Source of the DNA: Candidatus Eiseniibacteriota bacterium | GTDB lineage: Bacteria > Eisenbacteria > RBG-16-71-46 > CAIMUX01 > VGJL01 | Length of the DNA: 64,000 nucleotides | Reading direction: 5' to 3' | Assembly (NCBI GenBank): GCA_963792585.1 | Contig: CAWBWI010000001.1 | Location: forward strand, 480,001-544,000 | Part shown: one piece after another, positions 43,890 to 54,039 of the stretch | Position numbering within the stretch: position 1 is the first letter of the stretch | Layout: every line of letters begins with the position of its first letter | Position numbers and translations under genes: made by a program | Notes under the pieces: model-generated | What the model saw: the letters and a program-made list of their open reading frames with translations, nothing else | Database searches by the model: none | What the model was told of the DNA's origin: nothing

Positions 43890-44981
43890 ATGAAGATCAT
43901 CCTCAAGCAGGACATCGATCCCGCCGCCGTCCATCACATCGAGCAGTGGTTGATGTCCCGCGGGTGCATCGTCTACAGCCTCGCGCAAACCGGAGGGAAC
44001 CTCTTGTGCGCGATCAGCGAGGGGGTCGGCATCGACCACGCCGAGATCCGGAAGCTGCCGGGCGTCGCGGGGGTCGAGCGGATTCCGCATCCCTTCAAGC
44101 TGGCGAGCCGGTTCTTCCGGAACGAGGATACGCGCATCCGCGTCCGGGATATCGAAATCGGCGGCCGGGAGATCGTCCTGATGGCCGGTCCCTGTGCCGT
44201 CGAGGGGGAAGAGCAGGTGCGGACCGTCGCGCGCGCCGTGCACGCGGCCGGCGCGCGGATTCTCCGCGGTGGGGCGTTCAAGCCCCGGACCTCCCCCTAC
44301 TCGTTTCAGGGTCTTGGTGTGGCCGGCTTGAAGATCCTGCGCGAGGCGGCCGACGAAGTCGGGATGGCCGTCGTGAGCGAGATCATGGATGTCTCGCAGC
44401 TCGACGCGATGCTCGACTACGTCGACATCCTCCAGGTGGGGGCGAGAAACGTCCAGAACTTCACCCTGCTCGCCGCGCTGGGGCAGGTGGATCGCCCCGT
44501 GCTCCTGAAGCGAGGGATGTCCTCCACGATGGACGAGTGGCTGATGGCCGCCGAGTACGTCATGTCCGGGGGCAACGCGAAAGTGATCGTCTGCGAACGG
44601 GGGATCCGGGCCTTCGGCGGGTCGTACACCCGCAATACCCTCGACCTGAGCGCGGTGCCCGTCGTGAAGGAGCTCTCGCACCTGCCGATCATCATCGATC
44701 CGAGCCACGCCCTCGGGGTGCGGAACAAAGTCCTGCCCCTCGCCCGCGCCGCGATCGCGGCCGGCTGCGATGGGCTCCTGATCGAGGTTCATCCCCAGCC
44801 GGAGACGGCGCTTTGCGACGGCCCCCAGAGCCTCATCCCGGCGGATTTCGCCATCCTGGCCGACCAGGTTCGGGCGATCGCCCGGGTCCTGGGGAGGGAT
44901 ATCGCCGGGCCGGAGTCCGGCGCCGGCCTGAATCCGGGCCCCGTTGGGGGAACGCCGAACGACCGTGCGGGGAGGGGTTGA
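43890..44981 (+). CDS. aroF: DAHP synthase type I-beta
   Basis: AGPCAVE, RGGAFKPRTSPYSFQG, LLKRG, CERGIR, DPSH, EVHP. Confidence 0.95.
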   Translation: MKIILKQDIDPAAVHHIEQWLMSRGCIVYSLAQTGGNLLCAISEGVGIDHAEIRKLPGVAGVERIPHPFKLASRFFRNEDTRIRVRDIEIGGREIVLMAGPCAVEGEEQVRTVARAVHAAGARILRGGAFKPRTSPYSFQGLGVAGLKILREAADEVGMAVVSEIMDVSQLDAMLDYVDILQVGARNVQNFTLLAALGQVDRPVLLKRGMSSTMDEWLMAAEYVMSGGNAKVIVCERGIRAFGGSYTRNTLDLSAVPVVKELSHLPIIIDPSHALGVRNKVLPLARAAIAAGCDGLLIEVHPQPETALCDGPQSLIPADFAILADQVRAIARVLGRDIAGPESGAGLNPGPVGGTPNDRAGRG

Positions 44982-45007
44982 CAGCCCGGCGAAGAGACGG
45001 TTAGACT
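44978..45007 (+). promoter_or_regulatory. sigma70 promoter for tRNA-Val/infC operon
   Basis: TTGACA-N18-TAGACT. Confidence 0.65.
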
Positions 45008-45027
45008 GCCAGTTGCTTGTGCGTTGT

Positions 45028-45104
45028 GGGCGATTAGCTCAGGTGGTTAGAGTGCTTGCTTGACATGCAAGAGGTCAGTGGTTCAAGTCCACTATCGCCC
45101 ACCA
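45028..45104 (+). tRNA. tRNA-Val(GAC)
   Basis: GGGCGAT/ATCGCCC acceptor + ACCA, anticodon arm CTTGC-TTGACAT-GCAAG, GGTTCAAGTCC. Confidence 0.97.
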
Positions 45105-45167
45105 TTTGCACCGGCATTGCAGTCCAAATCCCCGGGCCCGGAAGGGCGGGGAAACTTGGCGGCGACG

Positions 45168-45292
45168 AAAGCAGAAGCTCGCTTCTCACCCGCCGGCCCA
45201 TCGAGGCCAGGCAGGGTTCAAAGGTCCCGCAGGGACGAATGCGTCCAGACCTGAGATCGAGAGGCGGCTGATGCCGGTCTCTTTTTGTTTTT
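45168..45292 (+). promoter_or_regulatory. ribosomal protein L20 leader (infC-rpmI-rplT attenuator)
   Basis: AGCAGAAGCTCGCTTCTCACC core; terminator GAGAGGCGGC-TGAT-GCCGGTCTC-TTTTTGTTTTT before infC. Confidence 0.75.
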
Positions 45293-45333
45293 GGAGGCGG
45301 CGCCGCAGAAACACTTGGTGGAGGTGAAGCCCA

Positions 45334-46009
45334 ATCGCGAAAACGCCTGAAGTTCGTGTCAATGAGCGGATCCGGGTGCCGATGGTCCGGGTCATCTCGG
45401 CCGATGGAAACCAGCTCGGTGTGATGGCAATTTCCGAAGCGCTGAAGCTGGCGGTGCAACAAGGCGCGGACCTCGTCGAGGTCTCGCCGAATGCCCGGCC
45501 GCCGGTTTGCAAGATCATGGATTTCGGCAAGTTCAAGTACGAGCAGTCGAAACATGAGCGGCAGGCCAAGAAGAAGCAGCACGTTTACACGATCAAAGAG
45601 GTGAAGGTCCGCCCCAAGATCGAGGAGCACGACTTCATCTTCAAGATCCGAAACGCGCGGAAGTTCCTGCTCCAGCGGGACAAGGTGAAGTTCACGTGCA
45701 TGTTCCGTGGAAGGGAAATGACGCACATGGAACTGGGGCACGCGCTGCTGGAGAAGATCGTCGAGGAAATCTGCCGACGTGGGATTCGTCGAGTCGAGGC
45801 CCCTGTTGGAGGGCCGCTCGCTGATCATGATCGTCGCCCCGAAGAAGGACATCAAGCCGCGTGCGGACGATCTGGTAGCCGAGGAGGCGGAGGGCGCGGA
45901 GGGCGCGGAGGGCGCAGTCGCCGGCAACGCAGCTAAGGAGTCGGAAGATGCCGAAGATCAAGACACGCAAGTCGACCGCCAAGCGGTTTCGGCTGACGGC
46001 GAGCGGTGA
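45334..46009 (+). CDS. infC: translation initiation factor IF-3, ATC start (frameshift near 45775)
   Basis: RVNERI, DLVEVSPNARPPVCKIMDFGKFKYE, FRGRE; SD GGAGGTG 7 nt before ATC. Confidence 0.93.
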
Positions 46010-46148
46010 GAGTGCGACGCAACAAGTCGATGAAGGGACATCTCCTGACCGACAAGAGCCGCAAGCGGAAGCGGAAGCTTCGCAAGAGCGAACCCTGACG
46101 TCCGGGGACAAGAAGAGGATCCTTCGCCAGTCTGGTGAGAGGGGCTAG
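45948..46148 (+). CDS. rpmI: 50S ribosomal protein L35 (frameshifted)
   Basis: MPKIKTRKSTAKRFRLTASG; ...HLLT.KSRKRKRKL in another frame. Confidence 0.9.
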   Translation: MPKIKTRKSTAKRFRLTASGESATQQVDEGTSPDRQEPQAEAEASQERTLTSGDKKRILRQSGERG

Positions 46149-46169
46149 CACCGCGTCGGGAGGTTTGAG

Positions 46170-46547
46170 ATGCCAAGAGCAAAAGGTACCGTCCCCGGGC
46201 ACGCCCGGAGGAAGAAGACTCTAAAAGCGGCCCGCGGCGGGTTCGGCGGGCGCAGCAGGCTCCACCAGATCGCCAAGGAGAATGTCCTGCGCGGGATGCA
46301 GTATGCGTACCGCGACCGGCGGGTGAAGAAGCGGCTGATGCGGCGACTCTGGATCCAGCGGATCAATGCCGCGGTCCGGATGTACGGCCTTTCCTACAGC
46401 CAGTTCATCGCCGGGATGAAGGCCTCGCAGGTCATGATCGACCGTAAGCAGCTCAGCGAACTGGCGATCCACGATGCGGACGCGTTTCGCAAGGTCGTCG
46501 AGCAGGTTCGCCCGCACGTCCCGGCCGCCGGCCCTCAGCCGGCCTAG
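46170..46547 (+). CDS. rplT: 50S ribosomal protein L20
   Basis: YAYRDRRVKKRLMRRLWIQRINAA, IDRKQLSELAI. Confidence 0.97.
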   Translation: MPRAKGTVPGHARRKKTLKAARGGFGGRSRLHQIAKENVLRGMQYAYRDRRVKKRLMRRLWIQRINAAVRMYGLSYSQFIAGMKASQVMIDRKQLSELAIHDADAFRKVVEQVRPHVPAAGPQPA

Positions 46548-46557
46548 GGACGGAGGC

Positions 46558-46764
46558 ATGATCGCGGAGCTGGACAAGCTGGAGTCGCGAATCGCTGAGG
46601 CGGCGGAGACGATCCGCCTCCTCCGCGAGCAGAACCGTCAGTTGAGCGATCGGCTGCAGGAAATCGAGGAGGAGCGCCGTCGGTTCACGGAGGAGCGGAG
46701 CCAGCTGGCGGAGCGGATCGCTCGCCTGGTGGACAAAGTTGACGCCCTCCGGTTGGAACTCTAG
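46558..46764 (+). CDS. ZapB-like coiled-coil cell division protein
   Basis: 68-aa coiled coil LDKLESRI...LREQNRQL; directly upstream of zapA. Confidence 0.7.
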   Translation: MIAELDKLESRIAEAAETIRLLREQNRQLSDRLQEIEEERRRFTEERSQLAERIARLVDKVDALRLEL

Positions 46765-46832
46765 ACTGGCCCCGGCCGATCCGAGGGACTCCGGGGTTCG
46801 ACGCACACGATCGAAAGATGCGGGCGGAGACG

Positions 46833-47147
46833 ATGAACGGTTCCGAATCAGGGGTCACGGTCACGGTCAACATCCTCGGGGAGTCCTTCCGCATCCGGGG
46901 GGGGAGCCAGGAGGAGGTCGAGGGACTCGCGCGATACGTCGAGGGGAAGATCGAGGAGATCCGATCGCGCAACACCGCCTTACCTCTGCGTAGTCTTCTG
47001 ATGCTGGCGGGGCTCAACATCGCCGAGGAGTTGTTCCGGGAACGAAAGGAACGCGAGGAGCTGACGCGGGACGTCGAGGCGCAGGCCCGCCGGCTTCGTG
47101 AGAACCTGGAAACGCAGATCCAGGATCCATCGGGGAGGGAACCTTAG
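46833..47147 (+). CDS. zapA: cell division protein ZapA
   Basis: VTVNILGESFRI, LARYVEGKI, LAGLNIAEELF. Confidence 0.88.
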   Translation: MNGSESGVTVTVNILGESFRIRGGSQEEVEGLARYVEGKIEEIRSRNTALPLRSLLMLAGLNIAEELFRERKEREELTRDVEAQARRLRENLETQIQDPSGREP

Positions 47148-47182
47148 AGCGCGGATCTCCGCTCCAAACGCACGAACCGATT

Positions 47183-47365
47183 GGGGGGATCCCTGCCCTG
47201 TTGGTGATGGCGTAGGACTTCTTGAGCCAACAGTTTCCAAAAGGGAGTCGGGTAGAGATCGGGAGTGGAACCCCTTCGGGGGAGCGCGAACGATCCGAGC
47301 CTACACCCACCTGGTTAAGCCAGGTTCAAGAGTCCACGACACACGACGGACGTGGGGATCTCTCC
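47183..47365 (+). ncRNA. ssrS: 6S RNA
   Basis: About 183 nt; ends pair (GGGGGGATCCCTGC/GTGGGGATCTCTCC), CTTGAGC pairs with GTTCAAG; between zapA and rny. Confidence 0.85.
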
Positions 47366-47409
47366 TTGTGTTGCATGTATGAGGCCTTCATGAAGGAGGC
47401 ATCGGATAG

Positions 47410-48970
47410 ATGACACCGTACCTGATCGGACTCGCCCTCGTGGTCACCGTGGGTGGGTTCGTCGCCGGTTTCCTGATCCAGCGAGTGACGGCCGCCAAGC
47501 AGGTCCAGGCGGCGAAGATAAAAGCAGACGCCATCGTCGAAGAATCCCGCCGTGAGGCCGATTTGGCCCGCAAGACCGCGGCCCTCGAGGCCCGCGAGCA
47601 GTGGCTCCACGAAAAGGAACGATTCGAGGGGGATACGCGCCAGTTGCGGGGCGAACTGGAGGCGCACTCCCGGGCCCTCGAGGAAACGGAAGCTCGTCTC
47701 CACCGTGTGGGGGAGGCGCAGCGCCTCCAGCTCGAGAAGCTCGAGGTCGACCGGAAGGCCGTCGGCGAGTTGAGGCTCCGGCTCGAAGGACGTGAGGCCG
47801 AGGTCAAGAAGGTCCTGGCGGAGCACACCGCTCGTCTCGAGAAGATCGCGGGGCTCACCTCCGCCGAGGCCCGCCGGGAGCTGATCAAGAACATCGAAGA
47901 CGAAGTCCGGACCGAGTCGTCGCGGCTCGCGCAGCGAATGCGGGAGAGCGCGGCGCGGGATGCCGACCGAGAGGCCCGCAGGCTGATCCTCCTCTCCACG
48001 CAGAGACTGGGGGCCGAGCTGTCGATCGACTCGACGGTGACCGTCGTCGCTCTTCCCAACGACGAGATGAAGGGGCGGATCATCGGCAGGGAAGGGCGGA
48101 ACATCCGTGCCTTCGAGATGGCCACGGGCATCGACGTGATCATCGACGATACGCCCGAGGCGGTCCTGCTCTCCGGCTTCGATCCGATCCGGCGCGAGAT
48201 CGCTCGGATCGCGCTCGAACGGCTGATCGCGGATGGGCGGATCCACCCGGGACGTATCGAGGAGGTCGTTCAGAAGGCGACCGAGGAGATCGACTCCGCG
48301 ATCCGGGAATCGGGGGAGAAGACCGCGAGCGACGTGGGAGTGCACGGGCTGGCCCCCGAGATCCTCGACCTGCTCGGGCGTCTCCACTTCCGCACGAGTT
48401 CGGGTCAGAACGTCCTGAAGCACTCGATCGAGGTGGCGCGGCTCGGGGCGATGATCGCATCCGAACTGGGCCTCGACGCCGACACCGCGAAGCGGGCGGG
48501 CCTGCTGCACGACATCGGCAAGGCGGTCAATCACGAGATCGAGGGGCCTCATGCGCTCGTCGGGATGGAGCTGCTCCGTCGCCACGGCGAGCAGGCGGTC
48601 ATCTGTGAGGCGGTCGGCGGGCATCACGGGGAGCTCGAGACCGACGGCGTCTATCCCGTGCTCGTTTCCGCGGCCGACGCGATCTCCGGCGCACGGCCGG
48701 GGGCGCGGCGGGAGAGCCTCGAGACCTATATCACACGGCTTCAGAAGCTCGAGGAGCTGGCCGAGTCGTTCCCGGGCGTCGAGCGCACCTTCGCGATCCA
48801 GGCGGGACGCGAGGTTCGGATTCTCGTCCAGCCGAAAGAGGTGTCGGACGACAGCGCGGTCGTCGTTGGCGACCGACATCGCGCGGCGCATCGAGAAGGA
48901 TCTCCAGTATCCCGGCCAGATCAAGGTCGTGGTCATTCGTGAGATGCGGGTCGTCGACTATGCGCGCTAG
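47410..48970 (+). CDS. rny: ribonuclease Y (frameshift near 48870)
   Basis: TM, coiled coil, [15 protein letters not shown] domain, [21 protein letters not shown]. Confidence 0.96.
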
Positions 48971-48979
48971 GCCCCGCGG

Positions 48980-49769
48980 ATGAACATCCTCTTCATCGGG
49001 GACATCTTCGGCAAACCGGGACGGCGGGCCGTGCAGCAACTGCTGCCGAGCCTCCGCCGCGAGCTCGAGGTCGACTTCTGCGTCGGCAATGCGGAGAACG
49101 CCGCGTCGGGCGCGGGGATCACGCCGGAGACGGCCGAGGATCTCTTCGGCGCCGGTGTCGATGTCCTCACCGGTGGCAATCACACGTGGGACCGCCGGGA
49201 AGGGCACGCACTGCTCGACCGGGATCTCCGCCTGCTCCGTCCGGCCAACTATCCTGCAGGAAGTGCCTGGACGAGGCGTCGGGGTCTACGACTGCGGGCA
49301 GGAGAAGATCGCGGTCGTCAACCTGCTCGGGCGCGTCTTCATGCCCCCGGTGGAATCGCCCTTCCATGCCATGGACGAGATCCTGGAGAACCTCGCGGGC
49401 GTGACCTCCTTGGTTCTCCTCGATTTCCATGCCGAGGCGACTTCGGAGAAGATCGCGATGGGATGGTACCTGGACGGCCGCGTGAGCTTGATCGTCGGCA
49501 CGCACACGCACGTGCAGACCGCCGATGAGCGGATCCTGCCGAGGGGGACGGCGGCCATCACCGATCTCGGCATGACGGGGCCGCACGATTCGGTCATCGG
49601 GGTGCGCAAGGAGTTGGCGCTCCAGAAGCTCCTGACGCAGATCCCGGTCAAGTTCCAGCCCGCCGAGGGGGATGTGCGGCTGCACGGCGTCTGGGTGCGC
49701 TGCGACGCCGCGACGGGGCGCGCGGTCAGCGTGAAGCGGATCGCCCGCAGTCTGGACGACCTCGGATGA
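48980..49769 (+). CDS. ymdB: YmdB/TIGR00282 metallophosphoesterase (frameshift near 49260)
   Basis: ILFIGDIFG.PG, NAENAA.G.G, TGGNH, DFHAEATSEK, GTHTHVQTAD. Confidence 0.93.
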
Positions 49770-50638
49770 CCGCACGCATCCTCGACGGAAAGGCGGCCGC
49801 GGCGGAGATCCGCCGGGAACTCGCGCAGAAGGTCGGGGCCCTCGTGGGCCGCGGCGTGCGGCCGAAGATCAGCCTCATCCGTGTCGGTGAAGATGCCGCT
49901 TCCGTCGTCTATGTGCGGAACAAGGCGAAGGCGTCCGCCGAGATCGGGATCGAATCGGAAGTGCTCGTCCTGCCGGAAGCGGCGTCGAGGAATCAGATCG
50001 CCGACGCGATCGATCGTCGCGTGGGCGATCCGCTCGTGCACGGGATCCTCCTCCAGCTTCCCCTTCCCGCGGGGATGCCGGCGCAGGACCTCGTCGAGAG
50101 GATCATTCCCGAAAAGGACGTCGATGGGTTCCACCCCATGAATCTCGGAAGGCTCTGCCTCGGCCGGCCCGGGTTCGTGCCCTGCACGCCGCTGGGGATC
50201 GTCGAGTTGCTCCGCCGCAACGGGATCGAGCTGGCCGGCAGCCATGTCGCGGTCGTAGGGCGGAGCACGACGGTGGGGCGGCCGCTCGCGAACCTGCTGT
50301 CGCTCAAGGCGCCCGGATGCGATGCGACCGTCAGCATCCTGCACACCGGCAGCCGCGAGCCGTGGAAGATCACGCGCGAGGCCGACATCCTGATCGCCGC
50401 CGCCGGCAGCCGTCACCTGATCGACGGTCGCTGGGTGCGGGACGGGGCGGTCGTCGTCGACGTCGGGATGCACCGCGGCGATGACGGGAAGCTGACGGGG
50501 GACGTCGATCCCGCGTCGGTCGTCGAGAAGGCCTCCTGGCTGAGTCCCGTGCCCGGGGGTGTCGGACCGATGACGGTCGCCTGCCTGCTCGTCAACACCG
50601 TCCGTGCGGCCGAGGAGCAAACGCGGGGGATCGCGTGA
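49766..50638 (+). CDS. folD: methylenetetrahydrofolate dehydrogenase/cyclohydrolase
   Basis: YVRNK, GILLQLPLP, KDVDGFHP, PCTP, PVPGGVGPMT. Confidence 0.97.
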   Translation: MTARILDGKAAAAEIRRELAQKVGALVGRGVRPKISLIRVGEDAASVVYVRNKAKASAEIGIESEVLVLPEAASRNQIADAIDRRVGDPLVHGILLQLPLPAGMPAQDLVERIIPEKDVDGFHPMNLGRLCLGRPGFVPCTPLGIVELLRRNGIELAGSHVAVVGRSTTVGRPLANLLSLKAPGCDATVSILHTGSREPWKITREADILIAAAGSRHLIDGRWVRDGAVVVDVGMHRGDDGKLTGDVDPASVVEKASWLSPVPGGVGPMTVACLLVNTVRAAEEQTRGIA

Positions 50639-51982
50639 GCGGCGAGACGCTGAGCGTTTCCCAAGTCCTCGCGCTCGCCAAGCAGGCCCTGGAGGACGGC
50701 ACCGGTCCGGTTTGGGTCGAAGGCGAACTGACCGGCTTCAAGCGCCATCAGCCGTCCGGGCATCTCTACTTCGACATGAAGGACGGCCGCGGGCGCATCT
50801 CCTGCGTGATGTGGCGCGACGGCGCGCGGCGCCTGCGATTCGATCCCGCCGACGGAATCCTGGTGCGCGCGCACGGGCGTCTCGGGATCTACGAGATCCA
50901 GGGGCGGCTCCAGCTCTATGCGGACGCGCTGGAACCCGCGGGTCTCGGGGCGCTGCAGGCCGCGCTCGAAGCGTTGAAGCAGCGTCTGGCGCAGGAAGGG
51001 CTCTTCGAGGCGGACCGCAAGCGCCCGCTGCCGCGCTATCCCCAGCAGATCGGGGTCGTCACCTCGAGCAGCGGGGCCGCGGTGCGCGACGTGCTTCGGG
51101 TCCTCGGCGAACGCTGGCCGGTCGCGGACGTCGTCCTGCGGCCCTGTGCCGTACAGGGGGCGGAGGCGGCGGCGCAGATCGTCGAAGCGCTCGAGGAGAT
51201 CGCTCTGGAGCCGGGATTGGATCTGATTTTCGCTCGTGCGCGGGGGCGGCAGTATCGAGGATCTCTGGTGCTTCAACGAGGAGGCCGTCGTTCGCGCCGT
51301 TGCCGGTTCTCCGGTGCCGATCGTGACAGGGGTGGGACACGAGATCGACGTCACGCTGGTCGACTTCGCCTCCGACCTGCGCGCGGCGACGCCGTCCCAG
51401 GCCGCGGAGCTTGCGGTTCCCTCGCGGCAGGATGTCCTGCGTCTCCTGAGCGGGCAGCACGCGAGGATCCGGCAGAGGGCCGAGGGACGGGTCCGCAACG
51501 CGCACCTCTCGCTCGCGCGCCTCACGGGGAGCCACGGGCTGCGCCGTCCCGCGGAGTTGGTGCGCCAGCGTGCGCAGCGGGTCGACGATCTGGCGGGCCG
51601 CATGCAGGTCGCAGTCTCGACGCGTCTGGAGACGAGGCGGCGACGGCTCGTCGACATGACTGCGCGGTGGCGGGCGCGGGATCCGGTGTCGAATCTCAGA
51701 CGTTCGCGGGAGAGGCTTGCCGAACTCGATGCGCGCATGTCCCGCGGGGTCGATCGCCGTTTCGGAGACGCCCGCGAGAAGCTGACGGCCCGCGCCGCGC
51801 ACCTCGAGGCGGTCGGCCCGCGCGCCGTCCTCGCGCGCGGCTATGCGATCTGTCTTCGGCCTGGCGACGGGCGCGCGGTTCGGTCTTGGGAAGAGGTCGC
51901 GACCGGCGATCGCGTCCGGGTCATTCTCTCGGAGGGAGGTCTCGGCTGCAGGATCGAGGAACGCCAGGAGGTGTGGGAATGA
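50635..51982 (+). CDS. xseA: exodeoxyribonuclease VII large subunit (frameshift near 51235)
   Basis: [48 protein letters not shown]. Confidence 0.95.
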
Positions 51983-52263
51983 GTCCGAAGAAGTCGGCGG
52001 AAGCCGCGCCGGAGCCGTTGCGGTTCGAGGAAGCGCTCGCCCGGCTCGAGGCCATCGTGCAAGAACTCGAGGGTAAGGACCTCTCTCTCGAGGAAACGCT
52101 CGCGCGATACGAGGAAGGTTCCCGGCTCGTCCGGGAGTGCGCCCAGCGTCTCGACGAGGCGGAACAGAGGATCCGTACCCTTTCGGCTGCGGAGGGAACG
52201 AAGCCCGGGAGCGAAGATGGTGGCGAGAGTGAAGGGGACGCGGAACAGGGCCTCCCATTCTGA
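51979..52263 (+). CDS. xseB: exodeoxyribonuclease VII small subunit
   Basis: [21 protein letters not shown]...YEEG. Confidence 0.93.
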   Translation: MSPKKSAEAAPEPLRFEEALARLEAIVQELEGKDLSLEETLARYEEGSRLVRECAQRLDEAEQRIRTLSAAEGTKPGSEDGGESEGDAEQGLPF

Positions 52264-52264
52264 G

Positions 52265-53167
52265 ATGATCCGACCGGTGCTCCGGTGGGACGCATGGATC
52301 GGGGCGGTCGGTCCGTCGATCGAGCGCGAGCTGGCGGCCGTTCTTCCGAGGGCGGGCACCCCCGCACGGCTGAGGGCGGCGATGCGCTACGCCCTGTTCC
52401 CCGGAGGCAAACGGTTGCGCCCCGCACTGGCCATGCTCGGCCACGCGGCCTGCGGGGGTCGGGATCCGCAGATCGCGCTCGCGGCCGCCTCCCTCGAGCT
52501 GGTCCACACCTTCAGCCTGATTCACGACGATCTGCCGTGCATGGACGATGACGACTACCGTCGGGGGCGGCCCACCTGCCACCGCGTCTACGGCGAGGCC
52601 CTGGCCGTTCTCGCGGGCGACGCGCTCCTGAACCTGGCGTACGAGATCCTCGCGGATCTTCGCTGCGCGCCCGAGCGACGGGTCGCCGTCATCTCGACGC
52701 TTGCCACCTCGATGGGAGGGGGCGGGGTGCTGGGGGGACAAGTCGACGACATCGCCGCCGAGGGAGTGAAGGTCGGAGAGGTGGCGCTGCGCCGGATCCA
52801 CACCCGCAAGACGGCAAGCCTGATCGCCGCGGCCCTCGTGATGGGCGGTGAGCTGGCGGGAGCCCCGCGCTCGCGGATCGGGGAGCTGGATGCCTACGGT
52901 CGGGAGCTGGGCCTGCTATTCCAGCTCGTGGACGATATCCTGAACGTGGAGGGGAGCCCGGAGGAGCTTGGCCGGCCGGCCGGCGGCGACGAGAAGCACC
53001 AGAAGGCGACCTACCCGAGCATCGTGGGATTGGAAGGTTCGCGCGCGCGGATGCGAAGGCGCGCGACCGCCGCACGGATGAGGGCCAGGGTCTTTGGCCC
53101 ATGGAGCGCGCCCTTCGATGATCTGATCGGGGTCGTTGTCTCCCGGGTTCCGAACTCCGGGAGCTGA
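52265..53167 (+). CDS. ispA: farnesyl/geranyl diphosphate synthase
   Basis: GGKRLRP, SLIHDDLPCMDDDDYRRG.PTCH, FQLVDDIL, KATYP. Confidence 0.93.
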   Translation: MIRPVLRWDAWIGAVGPSIERELAAVLPRAGTPARLRAAMRYALFPGGKRLRPALAMLGHAACGGRDPQIALAAASLELVHTFSLIHDDLPCMDDDDYRRGRPTCHRVYGEALAVLAGDALLNLAYEILADLRCAPERRVAVISTLATSMGGGGVLGGQVDDIAAEGVKVGEVALRRIHTRKTASLIAAALVMGGELAGAPRSRIGELDAYGRELGLLFQLVDDILNVEGSPEELGRPAGGDEKHQKATYPSIVGLEGSRARMRRRATAARMRARVFGPWSAPFDDLIGVVVSRVPNSGS

Positions 53168-53177
53168 AGGAGGAACG

Positions 53178-54038
53178 GTGCGAGGCTGCGAACGTATCGC
53201 GATCGATCCGAACCTCTCGAAGCCAGGCTGCGACGCGGCCGTGCGGCGGCTCTGCGCGTGGCTCGCGGAGCGCGGGCTGAAGGTCGTCGTTCCTCCGCAC
53301 GTCCTGCCCACTCCCCCGGGCGCGCGGGTCGTCGAGCGGGACGATCTCGCGCGCGAGTCGGACCTGGTGATCGTGCTCGGGGGGGACGGAACGCTCCTCT
53401 CCACGGCGCGCCGGGTCTACCCGCGAAGGGTGCCGATCCTCGGGGTCAACTTCGGCGGGCTGGGGTTCCTGACCGACGTGACGATCGAGAACATGATCCC
53501 TTCCCTCGAGCGAGTCCTGGCGGGCGACTACCGGCGCGAGAGCCGCATCATGTTGCGGGCGGATATCCTCGATGCGGACGGCCGGACGCGCGACCGCTGC
53601 TTCGCGATGAACGACGTTGTCATCCGCGAGGTGGGGCACCGTCTCCTCACCCTGCTGCCGCGGATCGGCTCGAGCGCGATGGGCGAGTTCAAGGCCGACG
53701 GTCTCATCGTCGCGACGCCGACCGGTTCAACCGCCTATTCCCTCTCGGCGGGCGGCCCGATCGTCGCGCCGACCCTGCGCGCGTTGATCGCCGCGCCGAT
53801 CTGCCCGCACAATCTCTCGATGCGCCCGATCCTCTTCCCGAGCGACGAGACGCTCGAGGTGCGGATCCAGCCAGCCGACGCGCGCGTCCAGGTGGTCGCT
53901 GATGGACAGGAAGCGCTCGACCTGAGGGCGGGCGAGGCGGTGCGGATCCGGCGTGCGCCCGGCACGATCGAGTTCCTCCTCGTGCAAAAGCGCAGTTTCT
54001 ACGACGTCCTGCGCGAGAAGCTGAAGTGGGGAGGCTAG
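53178..54038 (+). CDS. nadK: NAD+ kinase
   Basis: GGDGT, GLGFL, DGLIVATPTGSTAYSLSAGGP. Confidence 0.96.
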   Translation: MRGCERIAIDPNLSKPGCDAAVRRLCAWLAERGLKVVVPPHVLPTPPGARVVERDDLARESDLVIVLGGDGTLLSTARRVYPRRVPILGVNFGGLGFLTDVTIENMIPSLERVLAGDYRRESRIMLRADILDADGRTRDRCFAMNDVVIREVGHRLLTLLPRIGSSAMGEFKADGLIVATPTGSTAYSLSAGGPIVAPTLRALIAAPICPHNLSMRPILFPSDETLEVRIQPADARVQVVADGQEALDLRAGEAVRIRRAPGTIEFLLVQKRSFYDVLREKLKWGG

Positions 54039-54039
54039 C

